Part shown: piece by piece, positions 50,679 through 64,000 of the stretch | How the letters are laid out: every line of letters starts with the position of its first letter | Position numbering within the stretch: the first letter of the stretch is position 1 | Origin: Escherichia coli | GTDB lineage: Bacteria; Pseudomonadota; Gammaproteobacteria; Enterobacterales; Enterobacteriaceae | DNA length: 64,000 bases | Reading direction: 5' to 3' (one strand) | Assembly: GCF_003991155.1 (NCBI RefSeq) | Contig: NZ_CP031293.1 | Position numbers and translations under genes: made by a program | Notes under the pieces: model-generated | Databases searched by the model: none | Told to the model about the DNA's origin: nothing | What the model saw: only the letters and a program-made list of their open reading frames with translations

Positions 50679-52999
50679 TAATGGCAATCACCGGTGGTGC
50701 TGGCTGCGCAGCAACTGCTTACCGACTTGCGCGTTGCCAACAGTTCGATATCCACCCGGCTACGCGCGCGACGCAGCAAACCGATAACCACGATGTTAAA
50801 CAGGATAACCGCCAGAATGCACACCAGGCTGTAAGTTGGGTGCTGGCTGTAGCTGGCGACCTGATAGAACAATGTTGCCAGTGAGTAAGCAATATTCAGC
50901 CCCCACAGGATGGAGAAGCCCATCCAGCCACGGCTTGATTCACGGGCGATGGCCCCCATCACCGAGATGCACGGTACGTACAGCAGGACGAAAATCAGGT
51001 AGCTGTATGCGGCAGCTGCGCTACCGAATTTCTGATCCATCACGCCCATCGCCCCGGTACCCATTTCGCCGTCGCCTTTGCTTGCTTCAATGGGGTTCAT
51101 CAGTACGCTAAGGCTGAAGGTGTCTTTCAGGCTCTGCCAGGTTTCATCTACCGCACTGAACAGCTCTTCACCGAGGTTAAACTCTGCCGGATTGAACTCT
51201 TCGTCCTGAATATTTTCTGCGGTGTAGAGGGTGTTGAGCGTACCCACTACCACTTCTTTCGCCATGGCACCTGTAAACAGGCCAACCGTTGCCTGCCAGT
51301 TATCTTCATGCACACCAATTGGCTTGAAGACCGGGGTGATCACCCGGCTGACGGACGCCAGCGCCGAGTCGTTGATGTTATCGACGATTTTCCCGCTCAG
51401 CGAGAAGCTGTTGAAAGCACTCAGGAAAATGCTGACGATGATAATCACTTTACCAGCACGCAGAACGAAGCCTTTCAGACGCTGCCAGGTCTGGATAATC
51501 AGGCTTTTAACGTGTGGTACATGGTAGACCGGTAGCTCCATGACAAACGGCGTCGCTTCACCGCGCATGATGGTGTACTTGAGCATCAGGCCAGTCAGCA
51601 CCGCCATCACAATACCGAGCATATACAGCGAGAAGACCGCCAGCGCACCGTTCTGCCCGAAGAAGGCAGCCGCGAATACGGCGAAGATAGCCAGACGCGC
51701 GCCGCAGGACATAAACGGTGCCATCATGATGGTCATCAGACGTTCACGCGGTGCATCAAGCGTACGTGCGCCCATTACCGACGGTACGTTACAACCGAAA
51801 CCAACGATCAGCGGTACAAAGGATTTCCCGGGCAAGCCCAGCGCCTGCATCAGACGGTCCATCACAAACGCCGCACGCGCCATATAGCCGGAGTCCTCGA
51901 GGAAGGAGAGGAACAGGTACATCATGCCGATCTGCGGCACCAGTGGCAGAACGGTGTTAACACCACCGCCCAGGCCCTGGGCGAGGAAGATAGTCAGCCA
52001 GTCCGGGAAGTGGAGCGTGTAGCCAATCCATTGAATACCATGCACAAAAAGTGCCACGGAACCGACGTCAAACAGCGGCTGTAACGCCCCGCCGATGTTG
52101 ATAGCCAGCAAGAACATCAGGTACATCACAAAGAGGAAAATCGGCAGACCGAGGAAACGGTTGAGCACGATTTTATCTACCGCAGTGGTGAAACGGCTGG
52201 GTTCTGCCGTCAGGGTGTTGCTTACCACATCACAGATGGCAGCAATGCACTGGTAACGCGCATCGGCAATGTGCAGCGCCGGATCGTCCATCTCATTACA
52301 CAGACGGGCGAGGGCGGCATCCAGATGCTGCGACGCTTCACCGGCGTAGGCGCGGCTGTAGATATCGCCTTCCAGCATTTGCAGGCCCAGCCAGCGACGT
52401 TGTTTCAGCGGGATGTCGGAAGGCATCACTTTTGCCAGTGAATCTGCTTCGTTGAGCAGCGGCTGAGCGTAATGCACCAGTTCCACATTTTCGTTAGCTT
52501 TATAGCGATCAATCGCCAGCTTGAGCGCTTCAATACCGCGACCACGGGTTGAAACCAGCGGGATCACCGGGCAGCCAAGACGTGCCGACAGAGCATCAAT
52601 TTCAATACGAATATTTTGCTTCTCGGCAATGTCGAGCATGTTCAGTGCCACGATGCAGGGAATGCCGAGTTCCAGCAGTTGCAGCGTCAGGTACAGGTTA
52701 CGCTCAAGGTTAGACGCATCCACCACGTTAATCAGCAGGTCGGCGTCGCCACTCAGAATATAGTGACAGGCGATTTGCTCATCGAGCGAGGTCTGCGATG
52801 AGATGGTGGTCAGAGAATAGGTGCCAGGCAGGTCCACCAGCGTGACCTGATGATCGGTGGTGGAGAATTGCCCTTCTTTACGTTCGACGGTAACGCCAGC
52901 CCAGTTACCTACACGCTGACGTGCGCCAGTGAGCTGGTTAAATAAGGTTGTCTTGCCAGAATTTGGATTACCAATTAAGCCAATGGTTAATTTTTTCAT
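50678..52999 (-). CDS. feoB: ferrous iron transporter FeoB
   Basis: 773 aa; N-terminal G-protein domain ([12 protein letters not shown]) followed by a polytopic membrane domain. Confidence 0.95.
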   Translation of the reverse strand: MKKLTIGLIGNPNSGKTTLFNQLTGARQRVGNWAGVTVERKEGQFSTTDHQVTLVDLPGTYSLTTISSQTSLDEQIACHYILSGDADLLINVVDASNLERNLYLTLQLLELGIPCIVALNMLDIAEKQNIRIEIDALSARLGCPVIPLVSTRGRGIEALKLAIDRYKANENVELVHYAQPLLNEADSLAKVMPSDIPLKQRRWLGLQMLEGDIYSRAYAGEASQHLDAALARLCNEMDDPALHIADARYQCIAAICDVVSNTLTAEPSRFTTAVDKIVLNRFLGLPIFLFVMYLMFLLAINIGGALQPLFDVGSVALFVHGIQWIGYTLHFPDWLTIFLAQGLGGGVNTVLPLVPQIGMMYLFLSFLEDSGYMARAAFVMDRLMQALGLPGKSFVPLIVGFGCNVPSVMGARTLDAPRERLMTIMMAPFMSCGARLAIFAVFAAAFFGQNGALAVFSLYMLGIVMAVLTGLMLKYTIMRGEATPFVMELPVYHVPHVKSLIIQTWQRLKGFVLRAGKVIIIVSIFLSAFNSFSLSGKIVDNINDSALASVSRVITPVFKPIGVHEDNWQATVGLFTGAMAKEVVVGTLNTLYTAENIQDEEFNPAEFNLGEELFSAVDETWQSLKDTFSLSVLMNPIEASKGDGEMGTGAMGVMDQKFGSAAAAYSYLIFVLLYVPCISVMGAIARESSRGWMGFSILWGLNIAYSLATLFYQVASYSQHPTYSLVCILAVILFNIVVIGLLRRARSRVDIELLATRKSVSSCCAASTTGDCH

Positions 53000-53015
53000 T
53001 GTTGTTATCACCGTA

Positions 53016-53243
53016 TTAACAGGAAACCGCTTCCACTTCTAATAAGGCCAGATCTTTTTTGCGTAATACCAGGCTCACACGACGGGTTTCGATATGAATG
53101 GGGTCGCCGAGTGGAGCGACGCGCACCACATTAAAAGAGGAGCCAGGTAACATGCCTAGAGAAAGCAGTTTTTGGCGATATGCCGGGCTGATTTCACGGG
53201 AAAAGCCAGTAATTTTCCACGCAGTATCTGGAGTGTATTGCAT
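53016..53243 (-). CDS. feoA: FeoA
   Basis: 75-aa SH3-like small protein ([14 protein letters not shown]...). Confidence 0.95.
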   Translation of the reverse strand: MQYTPDTAWKITGFSREISPAYRQKLLSLGMLPGSSFNVVRVAPLGDPIHIETRRVSLVLRKKDLALLEVEAVSC

Positions 53244-53351
53244 AGGTGCCTACTTGTTTCTCATTAACTGGATAACTACCTCATGGGGCGTTTGACAGCG
53301 ACATGAGACCAGATGATTTGCCAACGAAGGAGAGATTAAATAATCAACAGT

Positions 53352-53372
53352 ACAATGATAATGAGAATGGTT
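53352..53372. promoter_or_regulatory. Fur box in the feoA promoter region
   Basis: acaatgataatgagaatggtt matches the Fur consensus (GATAATGATAATCATTATC-like), upstream of feoA; a nearby ttgat-N4-ctcaa around 53431-53444 is an FNR-like half-palindrome. Confidence 0.6.
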
Positions 53373-53574
53373 TCTATCAGCAATACTTAAAATGTGTGTG
53401 AATGTTGGTTTGAATAATAATCTGACTCAATGTTGATATGGCTCAAGATTATATCGCAGCGAAAATATAATTCGCATGACGAATTATTAGGGCTGGTTAA
53501 TGTTTAATTAAGGTTTCAGTTGTTAATGAAGTGATAAATATTAACGGGATATATTATGAGTTTGCTTGTGGAAT

Positions 53575-53607
53575 AAAAAGGCCGGAGATATTCTCCGGCA
53601 CTTTTAT
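53575..53607 (-). terminator. tex terminator
   Basis: Hairpin ccggaga tat tctccgg which, read on the minus strand, is followed by a T-run; directly 3' of the tex stop. Confidence 0.7.
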
Positions 53608-53680
53608 GTCAGGCAAGGCGTTCGTTGCCAGATGTGGCGTGAACGCCTAATCGCGCAGGTTTAGGGGCCAGTCCGGGCGT

Positions 53681-56002
53681 TTAACGTTTTTTGCCCATTG
53701 CCGCCGCCAGCGCATCCATCATCGCGCTATTACCGGCAGGCTGCGCTTCACGCCCACGCGGTTTGGCTGCCGGGCGGTTGTTCTGCGGACGTTCATTACC
53801 GCCGCCGCGACGAGCGTTGGTTTCGCCAGGCTGCTCGTCCAGACGCATAGTCAGGGCGATACGTTTGCGCTGAAGATCCACTTCCAGCACTTTCACCTTC
53901 ACAATATCGCCCGCTTTCACCACGGTATGCGGATCTTCCACAAACTTGTTCGACAATGAAGAGATGTGAACCAGGCCGTCCTGATGAACGCCAATATCGA
54001 CAAACGCGCCAAAGTTGGTGACGTTGGTCACCGCACCTTCGAGGATCATACCCGGTTGCAGGTCGTTCATCGTTTCGACGCCATCGGCAAACTGAGCGGT
54101 TTTAAATTCCGGACGCGGATCGCGACCCGGTTTTTCCAGCTCTTTGATGATGTCAGTTACCGTCGGTACACCGAATTTTTCATCAGTAAAGTCAGACGCT
54201 TTCAGGTTACGCAACTCGCTGCTGTTACCCATCAGATCTTTCAGTGCCTGCTGTGTTGCTGCCAGAATGCGTTCCACCACCGGATAGGCTTCCGGGTGAA
54301 CGGTAGACGCGTCCAGCGGGTTATCACCATGGTTAATGCGCAAGAAGCCCGCGCACTGCTCGAAGGCTTTCGGCCCCAGACGGCTCACTTTCAGCAGTTG
54401 CTGACGGTTCTGGAACTGACCGTTCTCATCGCGCCAGGCAACGATGTTTTGCGCCATCATGCGCGTCAGGCCCGCCACGCGAGTTAACAGCGGAACAGAA
54501 GCGGTGTTGAGATCGACGCCAACGGCGTTTACGCAGTCTTCTACTACTGCGTCCAGTTTGCGGGCCAGTTGCGTCTGGCTGACGTCATGCTGATACTGAC
54601 CTACGCCGATAGATTTCGGATCGATTTTCACCAGCTCCGCCAGCGGATCCTGCAAACGACGGGCGATAGACACCGCGCCACGCAGCGAAACGTCGAGATC
54701 CGGGAATTCCTGTGCTGCCAGCTCGGAAGCCGAGTAAACCGACGCGCCAGCTTCGCTGACGATCACTTTCTGCGCGGTCACTTTCGGGAACTGCTTCTGC
54801 ACGTCGAGATAGAAACGTTCGGTTTCGCGAGAAGCTGTACCGTTGCCGATCGCCACCAGTTCAACGTTATGCTTTTCACACAGGGCAGCAACGGTCATCG
54901 CTGCTTTTGCGGCTTGTCCGGTATGTGGATAAATGGTATCGGTCGCCACCAGTTTGCCAGTTGCATCGACCACCGCTACTTTTACCCCGGTACGCAGACC
55001 CGGATCGAGGCCCATCGTTGCACGCAGTCCGGCTGGGGCCGCCATCAGCAGATCGTGCAGGTTACGGGCAAAGACGTTGATTGCTTCATCTTCCGCGCGT
55101 TCGCGCACGGTGCCCATCAGTTCGGTTTCCAGATGCATCAGCACCTTGATGCGCCACGTCCAGCTCACCACGCCTTTGCGCCAGCTATCCGCCGGGGCAT
55201 TGTTCAGGCGCAGGCCAAGGTGATCCATGATGATTTGCTCGCAATAGCTCTCTTTCGGCGGCTCTTCGAACTGCGGATCGGCATTCAGCGAAAGCTGAAG
55301 TATGCCTTCGTTACGCCCACGGAACATCGCCAGCGCGCGGTGAGAAGGCACCGTGGATAGCGGTTCGTGATGATCGAAATAGTCGCGGAATTTCGCCCCT
55401 TCCTCTTCTTTACCGCTCACCACCGTCGAAACCAAATGCGCGTTCTTCCACAGATAATCACGCACTTTTGCCAGCAGCGCGGCATCTTCGGCAAACCGTT
55501 CCATCAGGATATAGCGCGCGCCGTCCAGCGCGGCTTTGGTATCTGCCACGCCTTTATCTGCATCAACATATTGTGCAGCCGCGACTTCTGGCGTGTGTGA
55601 CGGATCGCTCCACAGCAGGTCAGCCAACGGCTCAAGCCCTGCTTCAATGGCGATTTGCCCGCGGGTGCGGCGTTTAGGTTTGTAGGGTAGGTAGAGGTCT
55701 TCGAGTTCGGTTTTGCTTAGTGTGGCGTTGATGGCATTCGCCAGCTCGTCAGTGAGTTTGCCTTGCTCGGAAATGGACTTGAGGATCGCCTGACGTCTCT
55801 CTTCCAGCTCGCGCAGATAGCTCAGACGCGTTTCCAGATTACGCAGCTGCGTGTCATCCAGACCGCCGGTGATTTCCTTACGATAACGTGCGATAAACGG
55901 CACGGTATTCCCTTCGTCAAGCAGGCGAACGGCAGCGTCAACCTGTTCCGGGCGCGCCTGAATTTCACCCGCAATAATGCGGCAGAACGAATCATTCATC
56001 AT
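53681..56002 (-). CDS. tex: transcription accessory protein Tex (YhgF)
   Basis: 773 aa with YqgF/RNase H-like, helix-hairpin-helix and C-terminal S1 domains. Confidence 0.95.
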   Translation of the reverse strand: MMNDSFCRIIAGEIQARPEQVDAAVRLLDEGNTVPFIARYRKEITGGLDDTQLRNLETRLSYLRELEERRQAILKSISEQGKLTDELANAINATLSKTELEDLYLPYKPKRRTRGQIAIEAGLEPLADLLWSDPSHTPEVAAAQYVDADKGVADTKAALDGARYILMERFAEDAALLAKVRDYLWKNAHLVSTVVSGKEEEGAKFRDYFDHHEPLSTVPSHRALAMFRGRNEGILQLSLNADPQFEEPPKESYCEQIIMDHLGLRLNNAPADSWRKGVVSWTWRIKVLMHLETELMGTVRERAEDEAINVFARNLHDLLMAAPAGLRATMGLDPGLRTGVKVAVVDATGKLVATDTIYPHTGQAAKAAMTVAALCEKHNVELVAIGNGTASRETERFYLDVQKQFPKVTAQKVIVSEAGASVYSASELAAQEFPDLDVSLRGAVSIARRLQDPLAELVKIDPKSIGVGQYQHDVSQTQLARKLDAVVEDCVNAVGVDLNTASVPLLTRVAGLTRMMAQNIVAWRDENGQFQNRQQLLKVSRLGPKAFEQCAGFLRINHGDNPLDASTVHPEAYPVVERILAATQQALKDLMGNSSELRNLKASDFTDEKFGVPTVTDIIKELEKPGRDPRPEFKTAQFADGVETMNDLQPGMILEGAVTNVTNFGAFVDIGVHQDGLVHISSLSNKFVEDPHTVVKAGDIVKVKVLEVDLQRKRIALTMRLDEQPGETNARRGGGNERPQNNRPAAKPRGREAQPAGNSAMMDALAAAMGKKR

Positions 56003-56098
56003 GGTTTGAGTTCATCTTTTCGGATCAAAAATCAGGGGATAGTTATACGGACTGGCTGGCAAAAATGCCAGCCATCGGCAGGAGGTTAAGACTCTTCC

Positions 56099-56575
56099 TT
56101 ACGGTTTCACGTACTCGATAGCATTAACATACCAGCTCGCTTCCCCGGCAGGGGTATTCACCACCGCCAGATCGCCGACTTCTTTTTTCAGCAATGCGCG
56201 GGCCATCGGGGAATCGATAGAGATGTAATCTTTACGGCCAAAAATTTCATCGTAGCCGACAATACGGAAACGGTGAGTCACGCCATCGTCGTTTTCAATC
56301 TCCACCCACGCGCCAAAAAAGACTTTGCCTTCCTGCTGCGGGGAGTAATCGACGATTTTGAGATTTTCCATGCATTTAGTGAGATAGCGCACGCGACGGT
56401 CGATTTCACGCAGGCGCTTTTTATTATACTGATAGTCAGCATTTTCGCTGCGGTCGCCCAGACTTGCGGCCCAGGTCACTTTCTTTGTGACCTCCGGGCG
56501 TTCTTCACGCCAGAGATAATTAAGCTCTTGTTTGAGTTTTTCATACCCTTCCCGGGTAACCAGGGGCGTTTTCAT
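56099..56575 (-). CDS. greB: transcription elongation factor GreB
   Basis: 158 aa starting MKTPLVTREGYEKLKQELNYLW; Gre coiled-coil plus FKBP-like domain; the track's ORF is 12 codons longer. Confidence 0.95.
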   Translation of the reverse strand: MKTPLVTREGYEKLKQELNYLWREERPEVTKKVTWAASLGDRSENADYQYNKKRLREIDRRVRYLTKCMENLKIVDYSPQQEGKVFFGAWVEIENDDGVTHRFRIVGYDEIFGRKDYISIDSPMARALLKKEVGDLAVVNTPAGEASWYVNAIEYVKP

Positions 56576-56802
56576 CTCGTTGATTCCCTTTGTCTGTTTG
56601 ATAATGCGCACATTGGGTATAACGTGATCATATCAACAGAATCAATAATGTTTCGCCGAATAAATTGTATACTTAAGCTGCTGTTTAATATGCTTTGTAA
56701 CAATTTAGGCTGAAATTCATACCAGATTTAGCTGGTGACGAACGTGAGCTTTTTTAAGAATACACGCTTACAAATTGTTGCGAACCTTTGGGAGTACAAA
56801 CA

Positions 56803-58871
<2,069 letters not shown>

Positions 58872-58876
58872 ATAAA

Positions 58877-58904
58877 ACGGGAGGTGAAGGTGCCTCCCGT
58901 TTTT
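58877..58904. terminator. envZ terminator, shared with the convergent antitoxin gene
   Basis: acgggagg tgaaggtg cctcccgt followed by TTTT; the minus-strand antitoxin stop codon (58903-58905) abuts the T-run. Confidence 0.7.
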
Positions 58905-59199
58905 AGATTGTTTTCAATTGATTGATAATGAAAGGATTCGCTTGCAAAAGCAGGAGCAATTTTCGGGGTGCTCCGGTAGGCTGACGGCGTTTGGTTTCCC
59001 AGCTTTTGACCAGGTCATAACTTACCCCTACGGCGACAGCAAAATCTTGCTGACGTAAACCCGTTGCTTCACGGATCGCTTTTACATCGATTTCGCTAAA
59101 AGTATGGACGTGCTCTGGTTCTGGCGTTTCTTCACCCTTTTCGATGCGTACCATTTCTTCTGCGCTGGCAAGAAGATCAGCAAATAATTCATCTTTCAT
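58903..59199 (-). CDS. HigA-like antitoxin (XRE-type helix-turn-helix DNA-binding protein)
   Basis: 98 aa; helix-turn-helix segment (IREATGLRQQDFAVAVGVSYDLVKSWETKRRQPTGAPRKLL) typical of HigA/NadS-type antitoxins; 58 bp downstream of the toxin gene on the same strand. Confidence 0.75.
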   Translation of the reverse strand: MKDELFADLLASAEEMVRIEKGEETPEPEHVHTFSEIDVKAIREATGLRQQDFAVAVGVSYDLVKSWETKRRQPTGAPRKLLLLLQANPFIINQLKTI

Positions 59200-59257
59200 C
59201 TGTTTTCAATGCCTCCGTTGACATTTCGGCCATGGTGGAATTTGTGGAGCTTCAACA

Positions 59258-59575
59258 TTAAAGCAGCTTCTCGGACAATAGTTTCAATGCCTTTCTTTGT
59301 TCTTCTGTTAAATCATCCTGTTCATTTTTAGGATAAATCAACGCCAGATAAATTCGGCCATTGCGTGTTACGTTGTAATAAATTATCCGAATGCCACCCC
59401 GTTTCCCCATTCCAGAACGGTTCCAGCGAATTTTTCTAAAACTGCCTGTGCCTGCGATAATGTCACCGGCAGTGGGATCTTGAATGAGTAGTTCCTGAAA
59501 AGCCCGGAACTCATCATCAGGTAGCAATAACTGGCGGCGTTTGCTAAATCCTTGTAGTTCAATAAAGGTGAACAT
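59258..59575 (-). CDS. HigB-like toxin (RelE/ParE superfamily mRNA interferase)
   Basis: 105 aa with the GTG-x-R-K-I-R ... G-K-R-G-G-x-R-I-I-Y-Y ... L-x-x-I-Y-x-K-N-E motif (GSFRKIRWNRSGMGKRGGIRIIYY, LALIYPKNEQDDLT) that I associate with Vibrio-type HigB toxins; toxin-first gene order is characteristic of HigBA. Absent from the K-12 envZ-pckA junction as I recall it. Confidence 0.75.
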   Translation of the reverse strand: MFTFIELQGFSKRRQLLLPDDEFRAFQELLIQDPTAGDIIAGTGSFRKIRWNRSGMGKRGGIRIIYYNVTRNGRIYLALIYPKNEQDDLTEEQRKALKLLSEKLL

Positions 59576-59639
59576 AATGCATCCTGCGGTCTATTGATAA
59601 TTATAAGTGTACCGTGTACATATTGGTAGCTAATTAGAT

Positions 59640-59670
59640 AAAAAAACCCCTTATCCGTTTGGATAAGGGG
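59640..59670 (-). terminator. pckA terminator
   Basis: Hairpin ccccttatcc gttt ggataagggg preceded on the plus strand by A7 (a U-tract on the minus-strand transcript). Confidence 0.75.
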
Positions 59671-59689
59671 TCAATGAGATATCAGCTGA

Positions 59690-61312
59690 TTACAGCTTAG
59701 GACCTGCCGCTACCAGCGCGGCACCCGCAGGGGTGTCGGTGTATTTATCAAAGTTGTCGATAAACAGTTTCGCCAGGGTTTCGGCTTTTTCCTGCCACTG
59801 TTCCGGGGAAGCGTAGGTGTTACGCGGATCGAGGATCTTCGTGTCTACGCCCGGCAGTTCGGTTGGGATCGCCAGGTTAAACATCGGCAGAGTGAAGGTT
59901 TCTGCGTTATCCAGCGAACCGTTGAGGATGGCGTCGATAATGGCGCGGGTATCTTTAATCGAGATACGTTTGCCAGTGCCGTTCCAGCCGGTGTTAACCA
60001 GATACGCCTGCGCGCCTGCCGCCTGCATACGTTTCACCAGCACTTCTGCGTACTGAGTTGGGTGCAGCGACAGGAATGCCGCGCCGAAGCAGGCGGAGAA
60101 GGTTGGCGTCGGTTCGGTGATGCCGCGCTCTGTACCAGCCAGTTTGGCGGTGAAGCCAGAGAGGAAGTGGTACTGGGTTTGATCGGCAGTCAGACGAGAA
60201 ACCGGCGGCAGCACGCCGAAAGCATCAGCAGTCAGGAAGATAACCTTAGTTGCGTGGCCCGCTTTGGACACCGGCTTAACGATGTTTTCAATGTGATAGA
60301 TAGGATAAGAAACGCGGGTGTTCTCGGTTTTTGAACCATCATCAAAGTCGATAGAACCATCTTCACGCACGGTGACGTTTTCCAGCAGCGCATCACGACG
60401 GATAGCGTTGTAGATTTCAGGTTCCGCTTCTTTCGACAGCTTGATAGTTTTTGCGTAGCAGCCGCCTTCAAAGTTAAACACGCCGTCATCGTCCCAGCCG
60501 TGTTCGTCATCGCCAATCAGGCGACGTTTCGGGTCGGTGGAAAGGGTGGTTTTACCGGTGCCGGAAAGGCCGAAGAACACCGCAACATCGCCTTTCTCAC
60601 CAACGTTGGCGGAGCAGTGCATAGAAGCGATACCTTTCAGCGGCAGCAGGTAGTTCATCATTGAGAACATCCCTTTCTTCATTTCGCCGCCGTACCAGGT
60701 GCCGCCAATCAGCTGCATGCGCTCGGTCAGGTTAAACGCCACGAAGTTTTCGGAGTTCAGACCCTGTTCTTTCCACTGCGGGTTAGTGCACTTCGCGCCG
60801 TTCATAACGATAAAGTCTGGTTTGAAACCTGCCAGCTCTTCATCGCTCGGGCGAATAAACATGTTTTTGACAAAATGCGCCTGCCAGGCCACTTCGGTGA
60901 TGAAACGGACGGAAAGACGAGTATCCGGGTTCGCACCACAGAAAGCGTCGACAACGAACAGACGTTTGCCGGAAAGCTGTTTGGTCACCAGGCCTTTAAG
61001 ATGCTGCCAGGTTTCCGGAGAGAGAGGTTTGTTGTCGTTCTTACCTTTGCCTTTGTCTGCCCACCAGAAAGTATCGCGAGTGGTATCGTCACGGACGATA
61101 TACTTATCTTTTGGTGAACGACCGGTGAAGATCCCGGTATCGACGGCAACGGCACCCAGATTAGTTAACACCCCGCGCTCATAACCTGTCAGGCTCGGAT
61201 CGAGCTCTTCCTGATACAGCAGGTCGTAGCTTGGGTTGTAAACGATATCATGTACGTCACTGATACCATAAGCCTCGAGTTCTTGCGGGGTCAAACCATT
61301 GTTAACGCGCAT
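59690..61312 (-). CDS. pckA: phosphoenolpyruvate carboxykinase (ATP)
   Basis: 540 aa starting [20 protein letters not shown] with the kinase P-loop ([11 protein letters not shown]); the track's ORF is 23 codons longer. Confidence 0.95.
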
Positions 61313-61690
61313 TTCACTGCTCCTTAGCCAATATGTATTGCCTGAATAGTAAAGTCTTTTTGGGGGTGTTAACCGCGACAAGGCTCATAGATTTACGTAT
61401 CTGGAGAAATTCATATTTGACAAAAAACTCCGTGATTCCTGTCACGAAACGGTTGCTATTATCGCAGAAATAGCATTTTAGGTGTGGAAAATGTTCTCAA
61501 AAGGTTAAATCTTGGTTTATATGGCGGGAATATTGTGAGTGGAATCGCATTCCTGAATGAAATTGATGCAAATTCAATCGGTAAAGTATCGATTCACCAC
61601 GCTAACTTTTTTTGATTATTTTCTGAAAAAAGCAAAATACTACGGCCTGGATGCGATAATTAACCCACTTTTTGATTCTGGATAACTAAC

Positions 61691-63415
61691 ATGGATAACG
61701 TTGAACTTTCACCCGCAACACGTTGGGGGATGATTGCTACCGGATTACTTCAGGGTCTGGTTTGCTACCTGCTGATCGCCTGGCTTGCCGGAAAAAATCT
61801 CAGTTGGATTGTTTATGGCGTGCCTGCGACCGTCGCGTTTTCATCCGTTTTACTCTTCTCCGTGATCTCCTTTAAACAGAAGCGCCTTTGGGGATGGCTG
61901 GCGCTGGTGTTTATTGCCACGCTAGGGATGAGCGGTTGGCTAAAGTGGCAAATTGATGGCATGAACCCCTGGAGAGCTGAAAAGGCGCTTTGGGATTTTG
62001 GCTGCTATCTGCTGCTGATGGCAATGTTGTTGCTACCGTGGATACAACAAAGCCTTCGCATCCGCAATGACAGTAGCCGCTATCGCTATTTTTACCAGTC
62101 AATATGGCATAATGTACTTATATTACTGGTGATTTTTCTCGCCAATGGCCTGACGTGGCTGGTGCTTTTACTGTGGAGTGAGTTGTTTAAACTTGTTGGC
62201 ATCACGTTTTTCAAAACGCTCTTTTTTGCAACCGACTGGTTTATTTATCTCACGTTAGGTCTGGTTACCGCACTGGCGGTGATCCTCGCGCGTACACAGT
62301 CACGTTTAATCGACTCTATTCAAAAGTTGTTCACGTTAATCGCCACGGGGTTGCTGCCGTTAGTATCATTGCTAACCCTGATGTTTATTATCACCCTGCC
62401 GTTTACGGGCCTGAGCGCGATTTCTCGCCACATCTCCGCCGTTGGGTTGCTGTTAACGCTGGCCTTTTTGCAATTGATCTTAATGGCTATTGTCCGCGAT
62501 CCGCAAAAAGCGTCTCTTCCCTGGACGGGGCCGTTGCGTTGCCTGATTAAAACCGCTTTGCTGGTTGCTCCGCTGTATGTGTTCGTCGCCGCCTGGGCGT
62601 TATGGCTGCGGGTCGCTCAGTACGGCTGGACTGTCGACCGCTTGCAGGGCGCGCTGGCGGTGCTGGTGTTACTGGTATGGTCACTGGGGTATTTTGTCAG
62701 TATCGTCTGGCGTAAAGGGCAAAATCCCCTTGATCTTCAGGGCAAAGTGAACCTTGCGGTTTCGTTATTGGTGTTGGTAATGCTGGTGCTTCTTAATTCG
62801 CCGGTGCTGGACAGTATGCGCATTAGCGTGAACAGTCATATGGCGCGTTATCAGAGCGGCAAAAACACGCCAGACCAGGTAACTATCTACATGCTCGAAC
62901 AGAGCGGTCGCTATGGACGTGCGGCGCTTGAGTCGCTGAAAAGCGATGCCGGGTTTATGAAAGACCCGAAACGCGCGCGGGATCTGCTGATGGCGTTAGA
63001 TGGAGAGCAACATCTTCAGGAACAGGTATCGGAAAAAGTATTAGCCGATAATGTGTTAATTGCCCCAGGTTCTGGTAAACCGGATGCGACATTCTGGTCG
63101 GCCTTAATCCAGGATCGCTATAACGTGATGACCTGTATTGAAAAAGACGCCTGCGTACTGGTCGAGCAAGATCTGAATAGTGATGGTCAGGCGGAGCGGA
63201 TCCTGTTTGCTTTTAATGATGACAGAGTCATTGTCTATGGCTTTGACTCAGATAGAAAAGAATGGGACGCGCTTGATATGAGTTTACTTCCGCGCCAAAT
63301 AACGAAAGAAAAATTACTCGCTGCTGCGAAGGATGGAAAGCTGGGGACGAGGCCTAAAGCGTGGCGCGATCTGACGGTAGATGGTGAAACGCTGGAAATA
63401 AACTTAAGTAAGTGA
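61691..63415 (+). CDS. yhgE: inner-membrane protein YhgE (N-terminal polytopic membrane domain, C-terminal soluble domain)
   Basis: 574-aa ORF, hydrophobic for the first ~370 aa; matches my recollection of K-12 YhgE. Confidence 0.85.
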   Translation: MDNVELSPATRWGMIATGLLQGLVCYLLIAWLAGKNLSWIVYGVPATVAFSSVLLFSVISFKQKRLWGWLALVFIATLGMSGWLKWQIDGMNPWRAEKALWDFGCYLLLMAMLLLPWIQQSLRIRNDSSRYRYFYQSIWHNVLILLVIFLANGLTWLVLLLWSELFKLVGITFFKTLFFATDWFIYLTLGLVTALAVILARTQSRLIDSIQKLFTLIATGLLPLVSLLTLMFIITLPFTGLSAISRHISAVGLLLTLAFLQLILMAIVRDPQKASLPWTGPLRCLIKTALLVAPLYVFVAAWALWLRVAQYGWTVDRLQGALAVLVLLVWSLGYFVSIVWRKGQNPLDLQGKVNLAVSLLVLVMLVLLNSPVLDSMRISVNSHMARYQSGKNTPDQVTIYMLEQSGRYGRAALESLKSDAGFMKDPKRARDLLMALDGEQHLQEQVSEKVLADNVLIAPGSGKPDATFWSALIQDRYNVMTCIEKDACVLVEQDLNSDGQAERILFAFNDDRVIVYGFDSDRKEWDALDMSLLPRQITKEKLLAAAKDGKLGTRPKAWRDLTVDGETLEINLSK

Positions 63416-63517
63416 CAACGCTTTTAACGGATACGACGCTGTATCTGACCAAAATAACTTGCGATTTATTTCATAGGCCTGGTAAGCGCAGCGCATCAGG
63501 CCATTACGTCGTAAAAT

Positions 63518-63539
63518 CCGGCAGAGCCCTCTCTGCCGG
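63518..63539 (-). terminator. hslO terminator hairpin
   Basis: ccggcagag ccct ctctgccgg, followed on the minus strand by a T-rich tract, just 3' of the hslO stop. Confidence 0.55.
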
Positions 63540-63548
63540 ACATACTCA

Positions 63549-64000
63549 TTAATGAACTTGCGGATCTGCCGGAGACGCGTTGTTGCGGATTTCAGCAATA
63601 TCCATCGCATTGAACAGATAGTGGTTACCGCAGTAATCACAATGCATGTCAATTTCGCCATCTTCCGCCAGGATGCTATCGACTTCTTCATCCGGCAGCG
63701 TTTTTAGCGCGTCGGCGCAACGTTCACGCGAGCAGGTGCATTTGAACTCCACATCCTGCGGATCGTAAACCGTCACCTCTTCTTCGTGATACAAACGCCA
63801 CAACACTTCGTTTGCCGGTAAGGTCAGCAGTTCTTCGGTTTTGATGGTTTCGGTTAGCGTCGCCAGGTGGTCAAAGTCGTCCTGCTGGGCATTTTGCGCA
63901 GGCATTACCTGCAACAACATACCGCCTGCAGCCGGTTTGCCGTCTACGTCGCCGGTGCGAATAAACAGGCGCGTCGGCAACTGTTCAGAACGCATAAAGT
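63549..64000 (-). CDS. hslO: Hsp33 redox-regulated chaperone HslO, C-terminal part (5' end beyond the window)
   Basis: The open frame runs to the window edge; the C-terminal zinc centre CxC...CxxC ([10 protein letters not shown]...HCDYCGNHY) is diagnostic of Hsp33. Confidence 0.9.
   Translation of the reverse strand, partial: FMRSEQLPTRLFIRTGDVDGKPAAGGMLLQVMPAQNAQQDDFDHLATLTETIKTEELLTLPANEVLWRLYHEEEVTVYDPQDVEFKCTCSRERCADALKTLPDEEVDSILAEDGEIDMHCDYCGNHYLFNAMDIAEIRNNASPADPQVH

Noticed and set aside
54569-55360. 263-aa plus-strand ORF inside tex (and 173 aa at 53966-54487)
   Set aside because: Antisense to the well-supported tex gene; no start context or domain signature.
56053-56074. Hairpin tggctggca aaaa tgccagcca between tex and greB as a terminator
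   Set aside because: Good stem, but no U-tract on either strand, and it lies in the tex 5' leader; function unclear, so not annotated.

Overview
This window reads as an Escherichia coli chromosomal segment running ugpQ - yhhA - ggt - yrhB - yhhZ - yhhY - ryhB - yhhX - yhhW - gntRKU - yhgN - asd - glgBXCAP - glpD/glpEGR - rtcR/rtcBA - malT/malPQ - gntT - nfuA - gntX - bioH - yhgA - feoCBA - tex - greB - ompR-envZ - pckA - yhgE - hslO. Gene order is as I recall it for K-12, in reverse orientation; all K-12 comparisons below are from memory, not from a search. Almost every long ORF is a recognisable core gene, and the many antisense ORFs in the track are shadow frames. Against that backbone, five places stand out: (1) a two-gene insertion between gntU and yhgN encoding a RecQ-like helicase fused to a ComF-type phosphoribosyltransferase domain, translationally coupled to a DprA-like protein, resembling PsyrTA/ShosTA toxin-antitoxin or antiphage modules and the most likely candidate for the novel system; (2) a HigB/HigA-like toxin-antitoxin pair inserted between envZ and pckA; (3) an AT-rich island with yhhZ (Hcp fused to an HNH nuclease) and a coupled downstream candidate immunity gene, with no IS1 present; (4) a three-gene cluster between glgP and glpD with two paralogous PstS-like binding proteins; (5) a 25-bp tandem duplication that frameshifts malT, plus an in-frame stop in yrhB. 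The sRNA RyhB with its Fur-box promoter, GntR and GlpR operators, a sigma54 promoter for rtcBA and several hairpin terminators are also visible. No rRNA, tRNA, CRISPR array, IS element or integrase was found.
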